64,000 bases of DNA from Mustelus asterias (taxonomy: Eukaryota). Below are positions 23,926-37,195 of the stretch, piece after piece; the stretch's first letter is position 1; every line of letters starts with the position of its first letter. Position numbers and translations under genes: made by a program. The notes beneath the pieces were generated by a model that worked only from the letters and a program-made list of their open reading frames with translations, searched no databases and was not told where the DNA came from. The stretch is taken from contig NW_027590147.1 of the NCBI RefSeq assembly GCF_964213995.1, forward strand, positions 62,001 to 126,000, in the 5' to 3' direction.

Positions 23926-24855
23926 ATGAGTGTGAAACCAGTGTGTTGTTCCCAGTGTAGGATGTGGGAGGTCCTGGAGGCATCTGGCCTCCCGGACATC
24001 CACATCTGTGAGGGGTGTGTCGAGCTGCGGTTCCTGAGGGACCGTGTTAGGGAGCTGGAACTACATCTCGAGGATCTTAGGCTGATGAGGGAGAATGAGG
24101 AGGTGATAGACAAGAGCTATCATCAGGTGGTCACACCAGGGCAACGGGAGGAGGCCAAGTGGGTGATGGCCAGGAAGGGTAAGGCTAGGGTGGTTGAGAG
24201 CACCCCAGTGGATTTGCCCCTGCACAACAAGTACTCCTGCTTGAGTACTGCTGGGGGGGACAGCCCGCCTGGGGGAAGCAGCAGTGGCCGTGTCTCCGCA
24301 GTGGAGTCCAGCCCTGTAACTCAGAGGGCTAAGGAAAAGAGGAGGAAGGCGGTATTAATCGGGGACTCGATGGTGAAGGGGACAGACAGGCGTTTCTGCG
24401 GAGGTAGGCGGGATTCTCACATGGTGGTCTGCCTCCCTGGGGCCGGGATCCAGGATGTCGCTAGTCGCGTCCCGGAAATCCTGAGGTGGGAGGGAGAGGA
24501 ACCTGAGGTAGTGGTACATATTGGTACCGCTGATGTGGGTAGGAAGGGAGAAGGGGTCATGAAAAGGGAGCACAGGGAATTAGGGAGACAGCTGAGAAAG
24601 AGGAAAGCAAAGGTAGTAATCTCAGGATTACTGCCTGTGCCACGGGAAGGTGAGGGCAGGAATGGAGTGAGGTGGAAGATGAATGTGTGGCTGAGGGACT
24701 GGTGCAGGGGGCAGGGATTCAGGTTCCTGGACCATTGGGACCTCTTTAGGGGCAGGGGTGATCTGTATACAAAAAACGGGTGGAACTTGAATCACACGGG
24801 GACCAATATCCTGGCCGGTAGGTTGGCTAAGGTTACTGGGGAGAATTTAAACTAG
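23926..24855 (+). CDS. CR1 ORF1p (Cys-finger/coiled coil + SGNH esterase-like domain)
   Basis: CxxC...CxxC, LRDRVRELE, IGDSMV, CLPGA, HIGT; open frame. Confidence 0.9.
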   Translation: MSVKPVCCSQCRMWEVLEASGLPDIHICEGCVELRFLRDRVRELELHLEDLRLMRENEEVIDKSYHQVVTPGQREEAKWVMARKGKARVVESTPVDLPLHNKYSCLSTAGGDSPPGGSSSGRVSAVESSPVTQRAKEKRRKAVLIGDSMVKGTDRRFCGGRRDSHMVVCLPGAGIQDVASRVPEILRWEGEEPEVVVHIGTADVGRKGEGVMKREHRELGRQLRKRKAKVVISGLLPVPREGEGRNGVRWKMNVWLRDWCRGQGFRFLDHWDLFRGRGDLYTKNGWNLNHTGTNILAGRLAKVTGENLN

Positions 24856-24860
24856 ATAGG

Positions 24861-27800
24861 TTGGGGGGAGGGGAGCTAGAAGAGTTGACTAGGATCAAGG
24901 AACTAATTGATGGGGTGGAGGATGCAGGGGTAAGGGGAATTACAAAATTAATGGTAGAGGAGAGGGTGCAAGTGAATGAAGGCGGTAATTTGGATAAGGG
25001 AGTAGAGGGAGAGGGTGTTCGTGACTCATCAAAGCGGGTCCAGATAAAAGCTGGAATAAGGACACTTTGCCTGAATGCACGAAGCATTCGGAACAAGGTA
25101 AATGAGTTGATGGTGCAAATCAGCACGAGTGGGTACGATCTAGTGGCCATTACAGAAACGTGGCTGAAAGGTGACCAGGACTGGGAGATGAATATCCAGG
25201 GGTATCAGGCGTTTAGGAAGAATAGACAGGAAGGAAAAGGTGGTGGGGTCGCGCTATTAATAAGAGATAATATCAGGGTAGTACTGAGGGATGACATAGG
25301 CTCTGAGGAACAAAACGTGGAATCATTATGGGTAGAGATGAGGAATAGTAGAGGGAGAAAGACACTAGTAGGTGTGGTATATAGGCCCCCAAATAATAAT
25401 GTTGAGGTAGGGAGGGCTATAAACAAGCAGATAAGGGATGCATGTAAAAACGGAACGGCAATAATCATGGGGGACTTCAACATGCACATTGACTGGCAGA
25501 CTCAAGTCGGTAAGGGTGGAATGGAGGAAGAGTTCTTAGAATGCTGTCGGGATAGTTTCCTTGAACAGCATGTTACGAAACCGACGAGGGAACGAGCTAT
25601 TTTGGATCTGGTATTGTGTAACGAGGTAGGTAGAATTAAGGATCTTATTGTGAAGGACCCTCTTGGGTCTAGTGACCACAATATGGTCGAATTTCTGATT
25701 CAGATGGAAGAGGAGAAAGTTTGGTCCCAAACCAGTGTCCTCTGTTTGAACAGAGGGAAATATGATAGGATGAGGGATGAATTGGCTAAGGTAGGCTGGG
25801 AGAGCAGGCTGGCAGGTAGGATAGCTGAGGAACAGTGGAGGATTTTTAAGGAGATCCTTTTCAGTTCTCAGCAAAAATATATTCCAGCAAAAAACAAGGA
25901 TTGTAAGAAAAGGGAGAACCAGCCGTGGATAACGAAGGAAATAAAGGAGAGTATTAAAATAAAAACAGCTGCGTACAGAGTGGCCAAAAATAGCGGAGAA
26001 ACAAGTGATTGGGAAAAATTTAAGAAACAACAAAGAGAGACTAAGAAAGCGATAAAGAAAGGAAGGATAGACTATGAAGCTAGGCTAGCAATTAATATAA
26101 AAAATGATAGTAAAAGTTTTTATAAATATATAAAAAGGAATAGAGTGGCTAGAGTGAATGTTGGACCCTTGGAGGACGAGAGGGGGGAGTTAATAGTGGG
26201 AAATGAGGATATGGCTGAGTCTTTAAATACGTTTTTTGTGTCGGTCTTCACGGTGGAGGACACAAATAGTTTGCCAAATATTAACGATAGAGGGTTGGCA
26301 GCAGGAGAAATACTTAATACAATTAATGTTACCAGAGAGGCAGTGCTGGGTAGACTAATGGGACTGAAGGTGGATAAGTCCCCGGGTCCGGATGGAATGC
26401 ATCCCAGGGTATTGAAAGAAATGTCAGAGGTAATAGTGGATGCGTTAGTGATTATTTATCAAAACTCGTTGCATTCTGGGGTAGTGCCAGTTGATTGGAA
26501 AACGGCTAATGTTACGCCGCTGTTTAAAAAAGGAAGGAGACAAAAGGCGGGTAACTATAGGCCGGTCAGCTTAACGTCTGTAGTAGGGAAAATGCTGGAA
26601 TCCATTATTAAAGAGGAGATAGCAGGGCATCTGGATAGAAATGGTTCGATCAATCAGACGCAGCATGGATTCATGAGGGGAAAGTCGTGCTTGACGAACA
26701 TGTTGGATTTTTATGAAGATGTGACTAGGGCGGTTGATGGAGGAGAACCGGTGGATGCGGTGTTTTTGGATTTCCAAAAGGCGTTTGATAAGGTGCCCCA
26801 TAAAAGGCTACTGAAGAAGATTAGGGCACACGGAGTTGGGGGTAGTGTGTTAAAGTGGTTTGGGGACTGGCTATAGAAACCCTACAGTGCAGAAGGAGGC
26901 CATTTGGCCCATCGAGTCTGCACCGACCACAATCCCACCCAGGCCCTACCCCCACATATTTACCCGCTAATCCCTCTAACCTACGCATCTCAGGGGCAAT
27001 TTTAACCTGGCCAATCAACCTAACCCGCACATCTTTGGACTGTGGGAGGAAACCGGAGCACCCGGAGGAAACCCACGCAAACACGAGGAGAATGTGCAAA
27101 CTCCACACAGACAGTGACCTGAGCCGGGAATCAAACCCGGGACCCTGGAGCTGTGAAGCAGCAGTGCTAACCACTGTGCTACCGTGCCGCTATCCGACAG
27201 GAAGCAAAGAGTCGGAATAAATGGGTGTTTTTCTGGTTGGAGGAAGGTAACTAGTGGCGTGCCGCAGGGATCGGTACTCGGGCCGCAACTATTTACCATT
27301 TATATAGATGATCTGGAGGAGGGGACGGAGTGTAGGGTAACGAAGTTTGCAGACGACACAAAGATAAGTGGAAAAGTGAATCGTGTGGAGGACGGAGAAG
27401 ATCTGCAGAGAGATTTGGACAGGCTGAGTGAGTGGGCGAGGATATGGCAAATGGAGTATAACGTTGAGAAATGCGAGGTTATACACTTTGGAGGAAATAA
27501 TAACAAATGGGATTACTATCTCAATGGAAACAAATTAAAACATGCTACCGTGCAAAGGGACCTGGGGGTCCTTGTGCATGAGACGCAAAAGCCCAGTCTG
27601 CAGGTACAACAGGTGATCAAGAAGGCAAATGGGATGTTGGCCTATATTGCGAAGGGGATAGAATATAAAAGCAGGGATGTCTTGATGCACCTGTACAGGG
27701 CATTGGTGAGGCCGCAGCTGGAATACTGTGTGCAGTATTGGTCCCCTTATATGAGGAAGGATATATTGGCATTGGAGGGAGTGCAGAGAAGGTTCACCAG

Positions 27801-28185
27801 GTTGATACCGGAGATGAGGGGTTTGGATTATGAGGAGAGGCTGAGGAGATTGGGTTTGTACTCGTTGGAGTTTAGAAGGATGAGGGGGGATCTTATGGAG
27901 ACTTATAAGATAATGCGGGGGCTGGATAGGGTGGAGGTGGAGAGATTCTTTCCACTTAGTAAGGAAGTTAAAACTAGAGGACACAGCCTCAAAATAAAGG
28001 GGGGTCGGTTTAAGACAGAGTTGAGGAGGAACTTCTTCTCCCAGAGGGTGGTGAATCTCTGGAATTCTCTGCCCACTGAGGTGGTGGAGGCTACCTCGCT
28101 GAATATGTTTAAAGCGCGGATGGATGGATTCCTGATCGGTAAGGGAATTAAGGGTTATGGGGATCAGGCGGGTAAGTGGTACTGA
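24861..28185 (+). pseudogene. CR1 ORF2 split by SINE insertion
   Basis: 671-aa N-part ends GDWL and C-part resumes SDRKQRV; removing the SINE and one TSD restores one frame. Confidence 0.92.
26875..27188 (-). mobile_element. Full HE1-type SINE with TSD GCTAT
   Basis: GCTAT at 26870-26874 and 27189-27193; same family as 1-190. Confidence 0.92.
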
Positions 28186-28333
28186 TCCACGTCAGATCAG
28201 CCATGATCTTATTGAATGGCGGGGCAGGCTCGAGGGGCTAGATGGCCTACTCCTGCTCCTATTTCTTATGTTCTTATGTTCTTATGAGTTGAACATTGTG
28301 GTCAGGCCAATTGGCGGCGCTATGCTGGTAGTT

Positions 28334-28406
28334 GTTTCTGTAGTGTAGTGGTTATCACGTTCGCCTCACACGCGAAAGGTCCCCGGTTCGAAACCGGGCA
28401 GAAACA
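28334..28406 (+). tRNA. tRNA-Val(CAC)
   Basis: GTTTCTGTAGTGTAGTGGTTATCACGTTCGCCTCACACGCGAAAGGTCCCCGGTTCGAAACCGGGCAGAAACA; acceptor GTTTCTG/CAGAAAC pairs fully. Confidence 0.95.
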
Positions 28407-29145
28407 TTTATTGAAATTATTCATTTTGTATGCGGGAAGTTTTGCATGGTTTCAGTTGTTGCTGAACATTCTCCGAATCTCGATGTTGCAGCCATATTAT
28501 CTTTGGTCTGACCTCGGCCACAAATGCTCTCAGTAAAATCAGAAATGCTGTATTTTAAGACGCAATGAGGAAATAAATGTTTGTACTTTGACACCGTGCG
28601 CATATTAGCAACTTGCTCAGTCCATAACAGAATTTAATGGATTTATAAATGCAGACTAACATAGTTAATCACCATCTGAAACATGTCGAACAGTAGTGTG
28701 TGCTCATAAAGACAGACACAAGTGAAACTGTAACTGAACTAGAGGAAATGGCGCACATTTCCTGGAAGCATATTTTTTAAATTGTTCTTCAGAATAAAGA
28801 AATGGGAAAAAATCACTCAGGCAGATGAGTAAATCGAAACTCAGTGTAGATCTGCTGGACTTTTTTCTATAGATGAACGGGATTTAGGCGCCAGAATGTT
28901 TCACGCGCAGAATAAAGAGGGATCAAGTATAACTAGCAGATCATTATTAAACCTTTTCCCTTTAAAGTTATTTGATATTGTTTAAAAGCTGACTATCTCA
29001 AATAAGCACCATGGGATGTTTACTACCCAGTGACTCGATTTCTTTTATTGGTCAGTCATGTTTGCAATGCAATGTTGCATATTCCCGAGATATTCAACTC
29101 AGAATGAAGATGCATGTATTCAATACATGTATTCATATTTAATAT

Positions 29146-32100
29146 AGAACATAGAACATAGAACAGTACAGCACAGAACAGGCCCTTCGGCCCACGATGT
29201 TGTGCCGAGCTTTATCTGAAACCAAGATCAAGCTATCCCACTCCCTATCATCCTGGTGTGCTCCATGTGCCTATCCAATAACTGCTTAAATGTTCCTAAA
29301 GTGTCTGACTCCACTATCACTGCAGGCAGTCCATTCCACTCCCCAACCACTCTCTGCATAAAGACCCTACCTCTGATATCCTTCCTATATCTCCCACAAT
29401 GAACCCTATTGTTATGCTCCCCTTGTAATAGCTCCATCCACCCGAGGAAATAGTCTTTGAACGTTCACTCTATCTATCCCCTTCATCATTTTATAAACCT
29501 CGATTAAGTCTCCCCTCAGCCTCCTCCGCTCCAGAGAGAACAGCCCTAGCTCCCTCAACCTTTCCTCATAAGACCGACCCTCCAAACCAGGCAGCATCCT
29601 GGTAAATCTCCTCTGCACTCATTCCAGCACTTCCACATCCTTCTTATAGTGAGGAGACCAGAACTGCACACAATATTCTAAATGTGGTCTCACCAAGGTC
29701 CTGTACAGTTGCGGCATAACCCCACGGCTCTTAAACTCCAACCCCCTGTGAATAAAAGCCAACACACTATAGGCCTTCTTCACAGCTCTATCCACTTGAG
29801 TGGCAACGTTTTGAGATCTGTGGATATGGACCCCAAGATCTCTCTGTTCCTCCACAGTCTTCAGAACCCTACCTTTGACCCTGTAATCCACATTTAAATT
29901 AGTCCTACCAAAATGAATCACCTCACATTTATCAGGGTTAAACTCCATTTGCCATTTTTCAGCCCAGCTTTGCATCCTATCTATGTCTCTTTGCAGCCTA
30001 CAACAGCCCTCCACCTCAACCACTACTCCAGCAATCTTGGTGTCATCAGCAAATTTACTGATCCACCCTTCAGCCACCTCCTCTAAGTCATTAATAAAAA
30101 TCACAAAGAGCAGAGGACCAAGCACTGATCCCTGTGGCACTCCGCTAGCAACCTGCCTCCCATCCGAAAATTTTCCATCCACCACCCTCTGTCTTCAATC
30201 AGACAACCAGTTACCTATCCAATCGGCCAACCTTCCCTCTATCCCACACCTCCTCACTTTCATCATAAGCCAACCATGGGGGACCTTATCAAACGCCTTA
30301 CTAAAATCCATGTATATGACATCAACTGCCCTACCTTCATCAACACACTTAGTTACCTCCTCAAAAAATTCAATCAAATTTGTGAGGCACGACTTGCCCT
30401 TCACGAATCCGTGCTGACTATCCCGGATTAATCCGCATCTTTCTAAATGGTCGTAAATCCCATCCCTAAGGACCTTTTCCATCAATTTTCCCACCACCAA
30501 AGTAAGACTAACCGGTCTATAATTACCAGGGTCATTTCTATTCCCTTTCTTAAACAGAGGAACAACATTCGCCACTCTCCAGTCCTCTGGCACCATCCCC
30601 GTGGACAATGAGGACCCAAAGATCAAAGCCAAAGGCTCTGCAATCTCATCCCTTGCCTCCCAAAGAATCCTAGGATATATTTCATCAGGCCCAGGGGACT
30701 TATCAACCTTCAGTTTATTCAAAACTGCCAGGACATCCTCCCTCCGAACATCTATTTCCTCCAGCCTATTAGCCTGTAACACCTTCTCTTCCTCAAAAAC
30801 ATGGCCCCTCTCCTTGGTGAACACTGAAGAAAAGTATTCATTCATCACCTCGCCTATCTCTACTGACTCCATACACAAGTTCCCACTACTGTCCTTGACC
30901 GGCCCTAACGACCCTGGTCATTCTTTTATTCCTCACATAAGAGTAAAAAGCCTTGGGGTTTTCCTTAATCCGACCCGCCAAGGACTTCTCATGTCCCCTC
31001 CTCGCTCTCCTAAGCCCCTTTTTCAGCTCGTTCCTTGCTAACTTGTAAACCTCAATCGAGCCATCTGAACCTTGTTTCCTCATCCCTACATAAGCTTCCC
31101 TCTTCCTTTTCACAAGACAGTCCACCTCTTTCGTGAACCATGGTTCCCTCACTCGGCCATTTCCTCCCTACCTGACAGGGACATACCTATCAAGGACACA
31201 CAGTATTAGTTCCTTGAAAAAGTTCCACTTTTCATTAGTGCCTTTCCCTGACAGTTTCTGTTCCCAACTTATGCCCCCTAATTCTTGCCTAATCGCATCA
31301 TAATTACCTCTCCCCCAATTGTAAACCTTGCCCTGCCGTACGGCCCTATCCCTCTCCATTGCAATAACAAAATACACCGAATTGTGGTCACTATCTCCAA
31401 AGTGCTCTCCCACAACCAAATCTAACACTTGGCCCGGTTCATTTCCCAGTACCAAATCCAATGTGGCCTCACCTCTTGTCTGCCTATCCACATATTGTGT
31501 CAGGAAACCCTCCTGCACACACTGCACAAAAACTGCCCCATCCGAACTATTTGACCTACAAAGGTTCCAATCAATATTTGGAAAGTTAAAGTCCCCCATG
31601 ACAACTACCCTGTGACCCCCACACATATCCATAATCTGCTTAGCAATTTCTTCCTCCACATCTCTATTACTATTTGGGGGCCTATAGTAAACTCCTAACA
31701 ACGTGACCACTCCTTTCCTATTTCTAACCTCAGCCCATATTACAACAGTGTGCAGATCCCCCTCGAAGTGCCTTTCCGCAGACATTAAACTATCCTTGAT
31801 TAACAATGCTACTCCTCCACCTCTTTTACCAGCTTCCCTACACTTACTGAAACATCTATACCCCGGAACGTCCAACAACCATTCCTGTCCTTGTTCTACC
31901 CACGTCTCCGTAATGGCCACAACATCGTAGTCCCAAATACCAATCTACGCCCCAAGTTCATCTACCTTGTTCCGGATGCTCCTTGCATTGAAGTAGACAC
32001 ACTTCAACCCACCTTCCTGTCTACCGGTACCCACCCTTGACCCTGATATCTTCCCCAATACCTCACCACCCTCAACACTGACTTCTGGACTACAACTCCT

Positions 32101-32257
32101 TTTCCCACTCCCCTGACAAATTAGTTTAAACCCCCCTGAAGAGCCGTATCAAATTTCCCTCCCAGGATATTGGTGCCCCTCTGGTTCAGGTGCACCCCAT
32201 CCTGTTTGTACAGGTCCCACCTTCCCCAGAATGTGTTCCAATTATCCACATATCTGA
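29146..32257 (-). mobile_element. 5'-truncated CR1 LINE with frameshifted ORF2
   Basis: ORF2 pieces from 31168-31920 to 29228-29437; (AGAACAT)n tail; AATAT at both junctions. Confidence 0.93.
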
Positions 32258-32289
32258 AATATTGAATAACGAAACAAATATTGAGTAAC

Positions 32290-33610
32290 TAGCCAATGGT
32301 TCGAGTTTGGATGACCCTTCATCAGAGCTAAGGGCAAAGAAAATCAGACAAGATTTATATTATGATGGTGGAAGGGGGGGTGCTGTAATTGGACAAAGGG
32401 AATGAAAAGCAGAATGCGGAAGGCTGAGAGAGGTGTGAAAAGTGTTAATCAGAATGTTACAGCAGAGGTACAGATGGTTTGCCCTGAATGGAGGGGGGTT
32501 GGTGGGGGGGGAGGAGGGGGGTTGGTGGGGCGGAGAGAGGGGAGTGGTTGGAGAGGACACCGGGTGCAGGCGAGAAGGAGAGCACGAATGAAGAAGTTGT
32601 AAAATGGACGTGAGAAAGCAGTATGATAAAATGGATGAATGAGATGAAAAGAAGAAACAAAATGAAATAAAATAAATGGAAATGGGGTGAAGGTGGAGGG
32701 GAGAATCATGGTCTGAAGTTCTTGAACTCAATGTTCAGTCTGGAAGGCTGTAAAGTGCCCAATCGGAAGATGAGGTTCTGTTCCTCCAATTTGCATTGGG
32801 GTTCACTAGAACATTGCAAAAGGCCAAGGACGGACATGTGGGCAGGAGAGCAGGGTGGTGTGTTGAAGGGGTAAGTGACAGGAAGTTCTGGGTCCTGCTT
32901 GCGGACGGACTGAAGGTGTTCAACAAAGCGGTCACCCAATTTGTGTTTGGTCTCTCCAATGTAGAGTAGACTGGATTGGGAGCAGTGAATTGAAGAGACC
33001 AGATTGAAGAAGGTGCATGTGAAGCGCTGCTTCACTTGAAAGGGTGTTCAGGACCCGGGAGGTGAACAGGGAGGAGGTAAAGTGGCAGGTGTTGCACCTT
33101 CTACTATTGCATGGGAAGGTGCCATGGGTAGGGGATAGGATGTTGGGTGGGATGGAGGAGTGGACCAGGGTATCCCAGAGAGGACGATCCTTGTGGAGTG
33201 CTGGTGGGGGGGGGGTGGTTAAAGGGAAGATGTGTTGGGTAGTGGCATCATGCTGGAATTGGCAGCAATGGCAGAGGATGATCCTCTGAATGCAGTGAAA
33301 AGTGAAGACAAGGGGAACCCTGTCCTGGTTCTGGGAGGGAGGGGAGGGAGTGAGAGCAGTGGCTCGGGGGGATGGGTCGGACATGGTCAAGAGCCCTGTC
33401 AACAACAGTGGGTGGAAAACCTCAACTGTTGAAGAAGAAAGACATATCTGCAACGCTATTTAGGAAAGTGGCATCATCAGAACAGATGCGGCGGAAGTGA
33501 AAGAATGAAGAGAATGGGATGGAGTCCTTTCAGGATGTGGGGTGTGAAGAGCTGCAGCCAAGATAGTTGTGGGAGTCGGTGGGCTTGTAATAGGTACTGG
33601 TGGATAGTCT
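32290..33610 (-). mobile_element. Degenerate Penelope-like retroelement (GIY-YIG region, hammerhead remnant)
   Basis: LLYIGETKHKLGDRFVEHL...LGTLQPSRLN; GTFPCNSRRCNTC; CTGATGAAGGGTCATCCAAACTCGAAC at ~32299-32326. Confidence 0.8.
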
Positions 33611-33686
33611 AACCATGAGAACCTGCAGCAACACAGCAGAGTTGAACCTTGCAAACAGGTCGATTGGCTGCACCTAACTGCTGGTA

Positions 33687-33759
33687 GTTTCTGTAGTGTA
33701 GTGGTTATCGTGTTTGCTTCACGCGTGAGCAGTCCCTGGTTCAAAACCAGACAGAAACT
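33687..33759 (+). pseudogene. Decayed tRNA-Val(CAC) copy
   Basis: Aligns to 28334-28406 with substitutions in the D/anticodon/T arms and B box (GGTTCAAAACC); flanks also homologous. Confidence 0.85.
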
Positions 33760-34959
33760 TTATCATTTCAGGAAGTATGCATAATGTTGGTTATTTGCTG
33801 AACATTATCCAATTCTCGATGTTGCCATATTATGTTTGTTTTGACCTCGGTCTCAAATGCTTTCAGGAAAATCAGAAATGCTGCATGTTTAGATGCAGTT
33901 GCAGGAAAGAAATGTTTGTATTTTGACACCGTGCATATATTAGCAACTTGTTCAATGCATGGCTTTATAGATGTAGATCAACATAGTTAATCACCATCTG
34001 AAACATGTCTAATAGTAGTGTGTGCTCATAAAGACAGACACAAGTGATACTGTAACTGAACTCGAGGAATTGGTGCACATTGCACAGAAACATCTTTTTT
34101 AAATCGGTTTTCATAATAAAGATATCGGGAAAGCCATTCACGCTGATGAGGAAATCGAGGCTCAGTGCGGATCTACTGGACTTTCCTATAGATGAATGGG
34201 ATTTAGGCACCAGGATATTTCACACCCAGAATAAACTAACTGGTCATTCTTAAATCTCTTCCCATTAAAGATATTTGATTTTGTTTATAAACTGATTGTG
34301 GTCAATCTCAAATGAGCATCATGGGATGTGCATTAACCAGTGACTCGATCTGTTTTGTTGGTCAGTCATATTTGCAATTCAATGCTGCATATGTCAGAGA
34401 TATTCAATTCAGAATCAGGAGATGCAGAATAAATAAATGTATCGATGTTAAATGTTGAATAATGAAACAAATACCTAGTAAAATAGATTGAGAATGATGC
34501 ATTTACCACAGTGGTTCATTTTCAGTTTTGTTTCAGATCCCAGCATCCACAGATTTTTGCTTTTATTTATTCGCTCTGACCTGAACCTCAAAATTCATTC
34601 AGGGCGATCGGAAATACTGGATTTTCATGAGAAGAAAAAGGTGGTGTGTGGGAGGAAACAGGAGCACCTGGAGAACGTGCAGACTCCGCACAGTCACTCA
34701 AGCCGAGAAACAAACCTGAGTCCCTGGTGCTGTAATGGCTGTCCAAAGAGAGAATGTGACGGCCATTAGCAGTATTTTCCCCTGGTTTCTGTGGCTATAG
34801 CTCATCTTTCATTCCCTCACCCTGCAGTATAAATATATCCCACTTTCTATGTCTTTTTGCTTTGACAAAAGGTCATCTGGACTCAATATTGCAAATATCT
34901 CTGACATTAAGTGATGTCCATCTTTGTGCGGGGCAAATGTGCTCCATTTGGACAGAAGG

Positions 34960-35150
34960 TGGAGAGTCGGAACAGATGTGCCCCTAACAAAGATGGCGAC
35001 GGTGTGGGGCGGGACTTTAGGCGGTGCCGGCAGAACGCGAAGGCGGCTGGGCTTGCACACGCGCATTGGAGCGGGAGTGTTTTGTTGACGGAAGCGCGCG
35101 GCTTCTTCTCTTGATCGGAATCAGATTTGAAAGCGGGGACGATTAACGGT
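34960..35150 (+). promoter_or_regulatory. CpG-rich promoter of the EMC4 copy
   Basis: CpG dense; YY1-like AAGATGGCG at 34990-34998, GC box GGGGCGGGAC, ATTGG, CGGAAG. Confidence 0.6.
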
Positions 35151-37195
35151 CGGCGGCAGGGGCGGGGCTTGTCAACCGCGCGCGCTGGCACAAGTGGACC
35201 CTCGAGCTCAACCTGAGCGGCAGCAGCAGCAGCAGGTGCGGAGGCCGCGCGGGAAGCCGGGGGCTCGAGTAGGAGGCAAGCCGGGTCAGCCCGTCTCTCC
35301 TGAGGGGAGGCCACCGCACACTGACCTGGGGATGTGGAACCAACCCAAAACTCCCCAACCCCGGGTTTTTCACGTCTCTTTTACCCCTCACCGAGCTCCT
35401 GCCGTGGTTCCCCGTGGACGGCAAGGAGAGTGCGCCAATCAGAATAGAGAGTCTGAGTCCAAAGATGTGCGGGTTAGGTTGATTGGCCAGGTTAAAAATT
35501 GCCCCTTAGAGTCCTGGGATGCGTAGGTTAGAGGGATTAGCGGGTAAATATGTGGGGGTAGGGCATGGGTGGGATTGTGGTCGGTGCAGACTCGATGGGC
35601 CGAATGGCCTCCTTCTGCACTGTAGGGTTTCTATTTCTATGAGTCTTGATCTTCCAGGCAGCAAGGCTTTATTTTCTAATACAAGTCAACAAAGCCGGGA
35701 TTTCCGGATGAATCCAAAGAACCAGCGTGCTTACAGTCTCTTTATACACCTTTTAGCTTCATATCTCATCATTCTTATCTTACATTCAAGGCTATCTTTG
35801 CAGACCCAAGGCCACTTTTCGTCAGTCGCCATTGTTTACTAGACCTACCTTATCTGTCTTCTTTTTGATTGGTCACTCATGAATGTGCTATGATATCATT
35901 GTGGTTTCATCTTGCCTTTTTGTCTGAAGTTTGTTATCCATTTCCAAGGTTGTCGTTTGCTCAACCATTGTGGGGCATCCTGATAAGCTCAGTCCTTTTT
36001 GAAGATGTGTGTTTGTTTGACTATCTTAGGTTCATTTAGGAAATTACTTTCAGCTTCTGTGTGTTTGCTTGACTTCTTTTAGCCTTCATGTTCATCCATG
36101 TGAGTATCCATGTGTATTGGCCTGGTAAGATAATGTGCACTTAAAAGGGTACAAGTGTATGCTTAATAAGATATGTGATGATATGTGAGGGCTTCTTAGG
36201 GAGTGATTATCTTTTTCTATGTTAATGATTATCTCTTACACTCCTCATCACAAAGCAGCCCCTCAAATCCCCCAGAAACCACTCGGACCCAACTTGGCAT
36301 CTTTTCCCCAGGTCATGACCCTGAGATGCCCTTTTGGTTTCAGCCCCTCCACCTGATCAGGTGCCAACTGCGGTGCTGGTTGGAGGAACGATTGCTCGTT
36401 TCCAGGGCCGGGTGCTGAACTGGATCTCTCTCAATGTCCCGCAGTGTTCGTTTTCAAGATATAATTTGGTACATTAGGTGATTTTTTGCTTTGTCCCTAA
36501 ATGGAGGGCAAGTGGATTGGCACCCTGATTATCAATTGACACTAATCCACTTCTGCCATCCTCCATTCCCGTGGCAGTTCAGTGGACACAACGGCAGCGT
36601 GTGTCTGAGGTTTGCCCAAGCTTTAGTTCATGCTGGCACTATTGCCACCACGTTGGGGTCCTCAACAGAGAGACTCCCTCCTTAAAGAAGGTCTTGAAAG
36701 GGTGACCAATTTGTGTTTTCTGTTTCTCACAGGAGCCGTGATCAACAGTGTGGCCAGAGAGACTCCATGTACCCAGTCGCATATTCGGACAAACAGCTAC
36801 CGGACATCTGCGTCCAAGAAACAGACCGGATCCTGGTTGAGAAAGTAAGTTGGATTTGAATGTGTCTTTAGTGTGTGGCTGACAATGCCCCTGGATTGTC
36901 CACGGTGGTGAAGTACCTTGGTGAACCACAGCAGCCTGTGTGATAAAGGGTTAATCGTCATCCTTACTTCCAGGCCTGGGTATAAGATCAGCATATGGCC
37001 TCCCCTAACCGGCCCCCTTTACTGATACCCTGCTCACTTTCTGTTTTCAGCGCTGCTGAGACATTGTCTTGGGCCCATTGAAACAGCTGCCCATGAATCT
37101 GTTCATCATGTACATGGCTGGCAACACCATCTCCATCCTCCCTATCATGATGGTGTGCATGATGGCCTGGAGACCCATACAGGCCTTGTCAGCAA
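35150..37195 (+). pseudogene. EMC4: Unprocessed partial EMC4 (TMEM85) pseudogene; exons ~35150-35235, 36733-36844, 37051-37195
   Basis: GLVNRARWHKWTLEL / [28 protein letters not shown] / [45 protein letters not shown]; GT-AG introns; no in-frame ATG in exon 1, TGA at 37057-37059, later exons not found. Confidence 0.9.
35455..35640 (+). mobile_element. HE1-type SINE 3' half
   Basis: Reverse complement of ~26875-27040. Confidence 0.85.

Larger units (their letters stand above)
23593..28285 (+). mobile_element. Full-length CR1 LINE interrupted by a SINE
   Basis: 5' UTR, ORF1, ORF2 and (TTCTTATG)n tail at 28263-28285. Confidence 0.95.

Noticed and set aside
37057-37059. In-frame TGA in EMC4 as selenocysteine or readthrough
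   Set aside because: It replaces a conserved Trp (TGG>TGA) and co-occurs with start loss, a small deletion and missing exons
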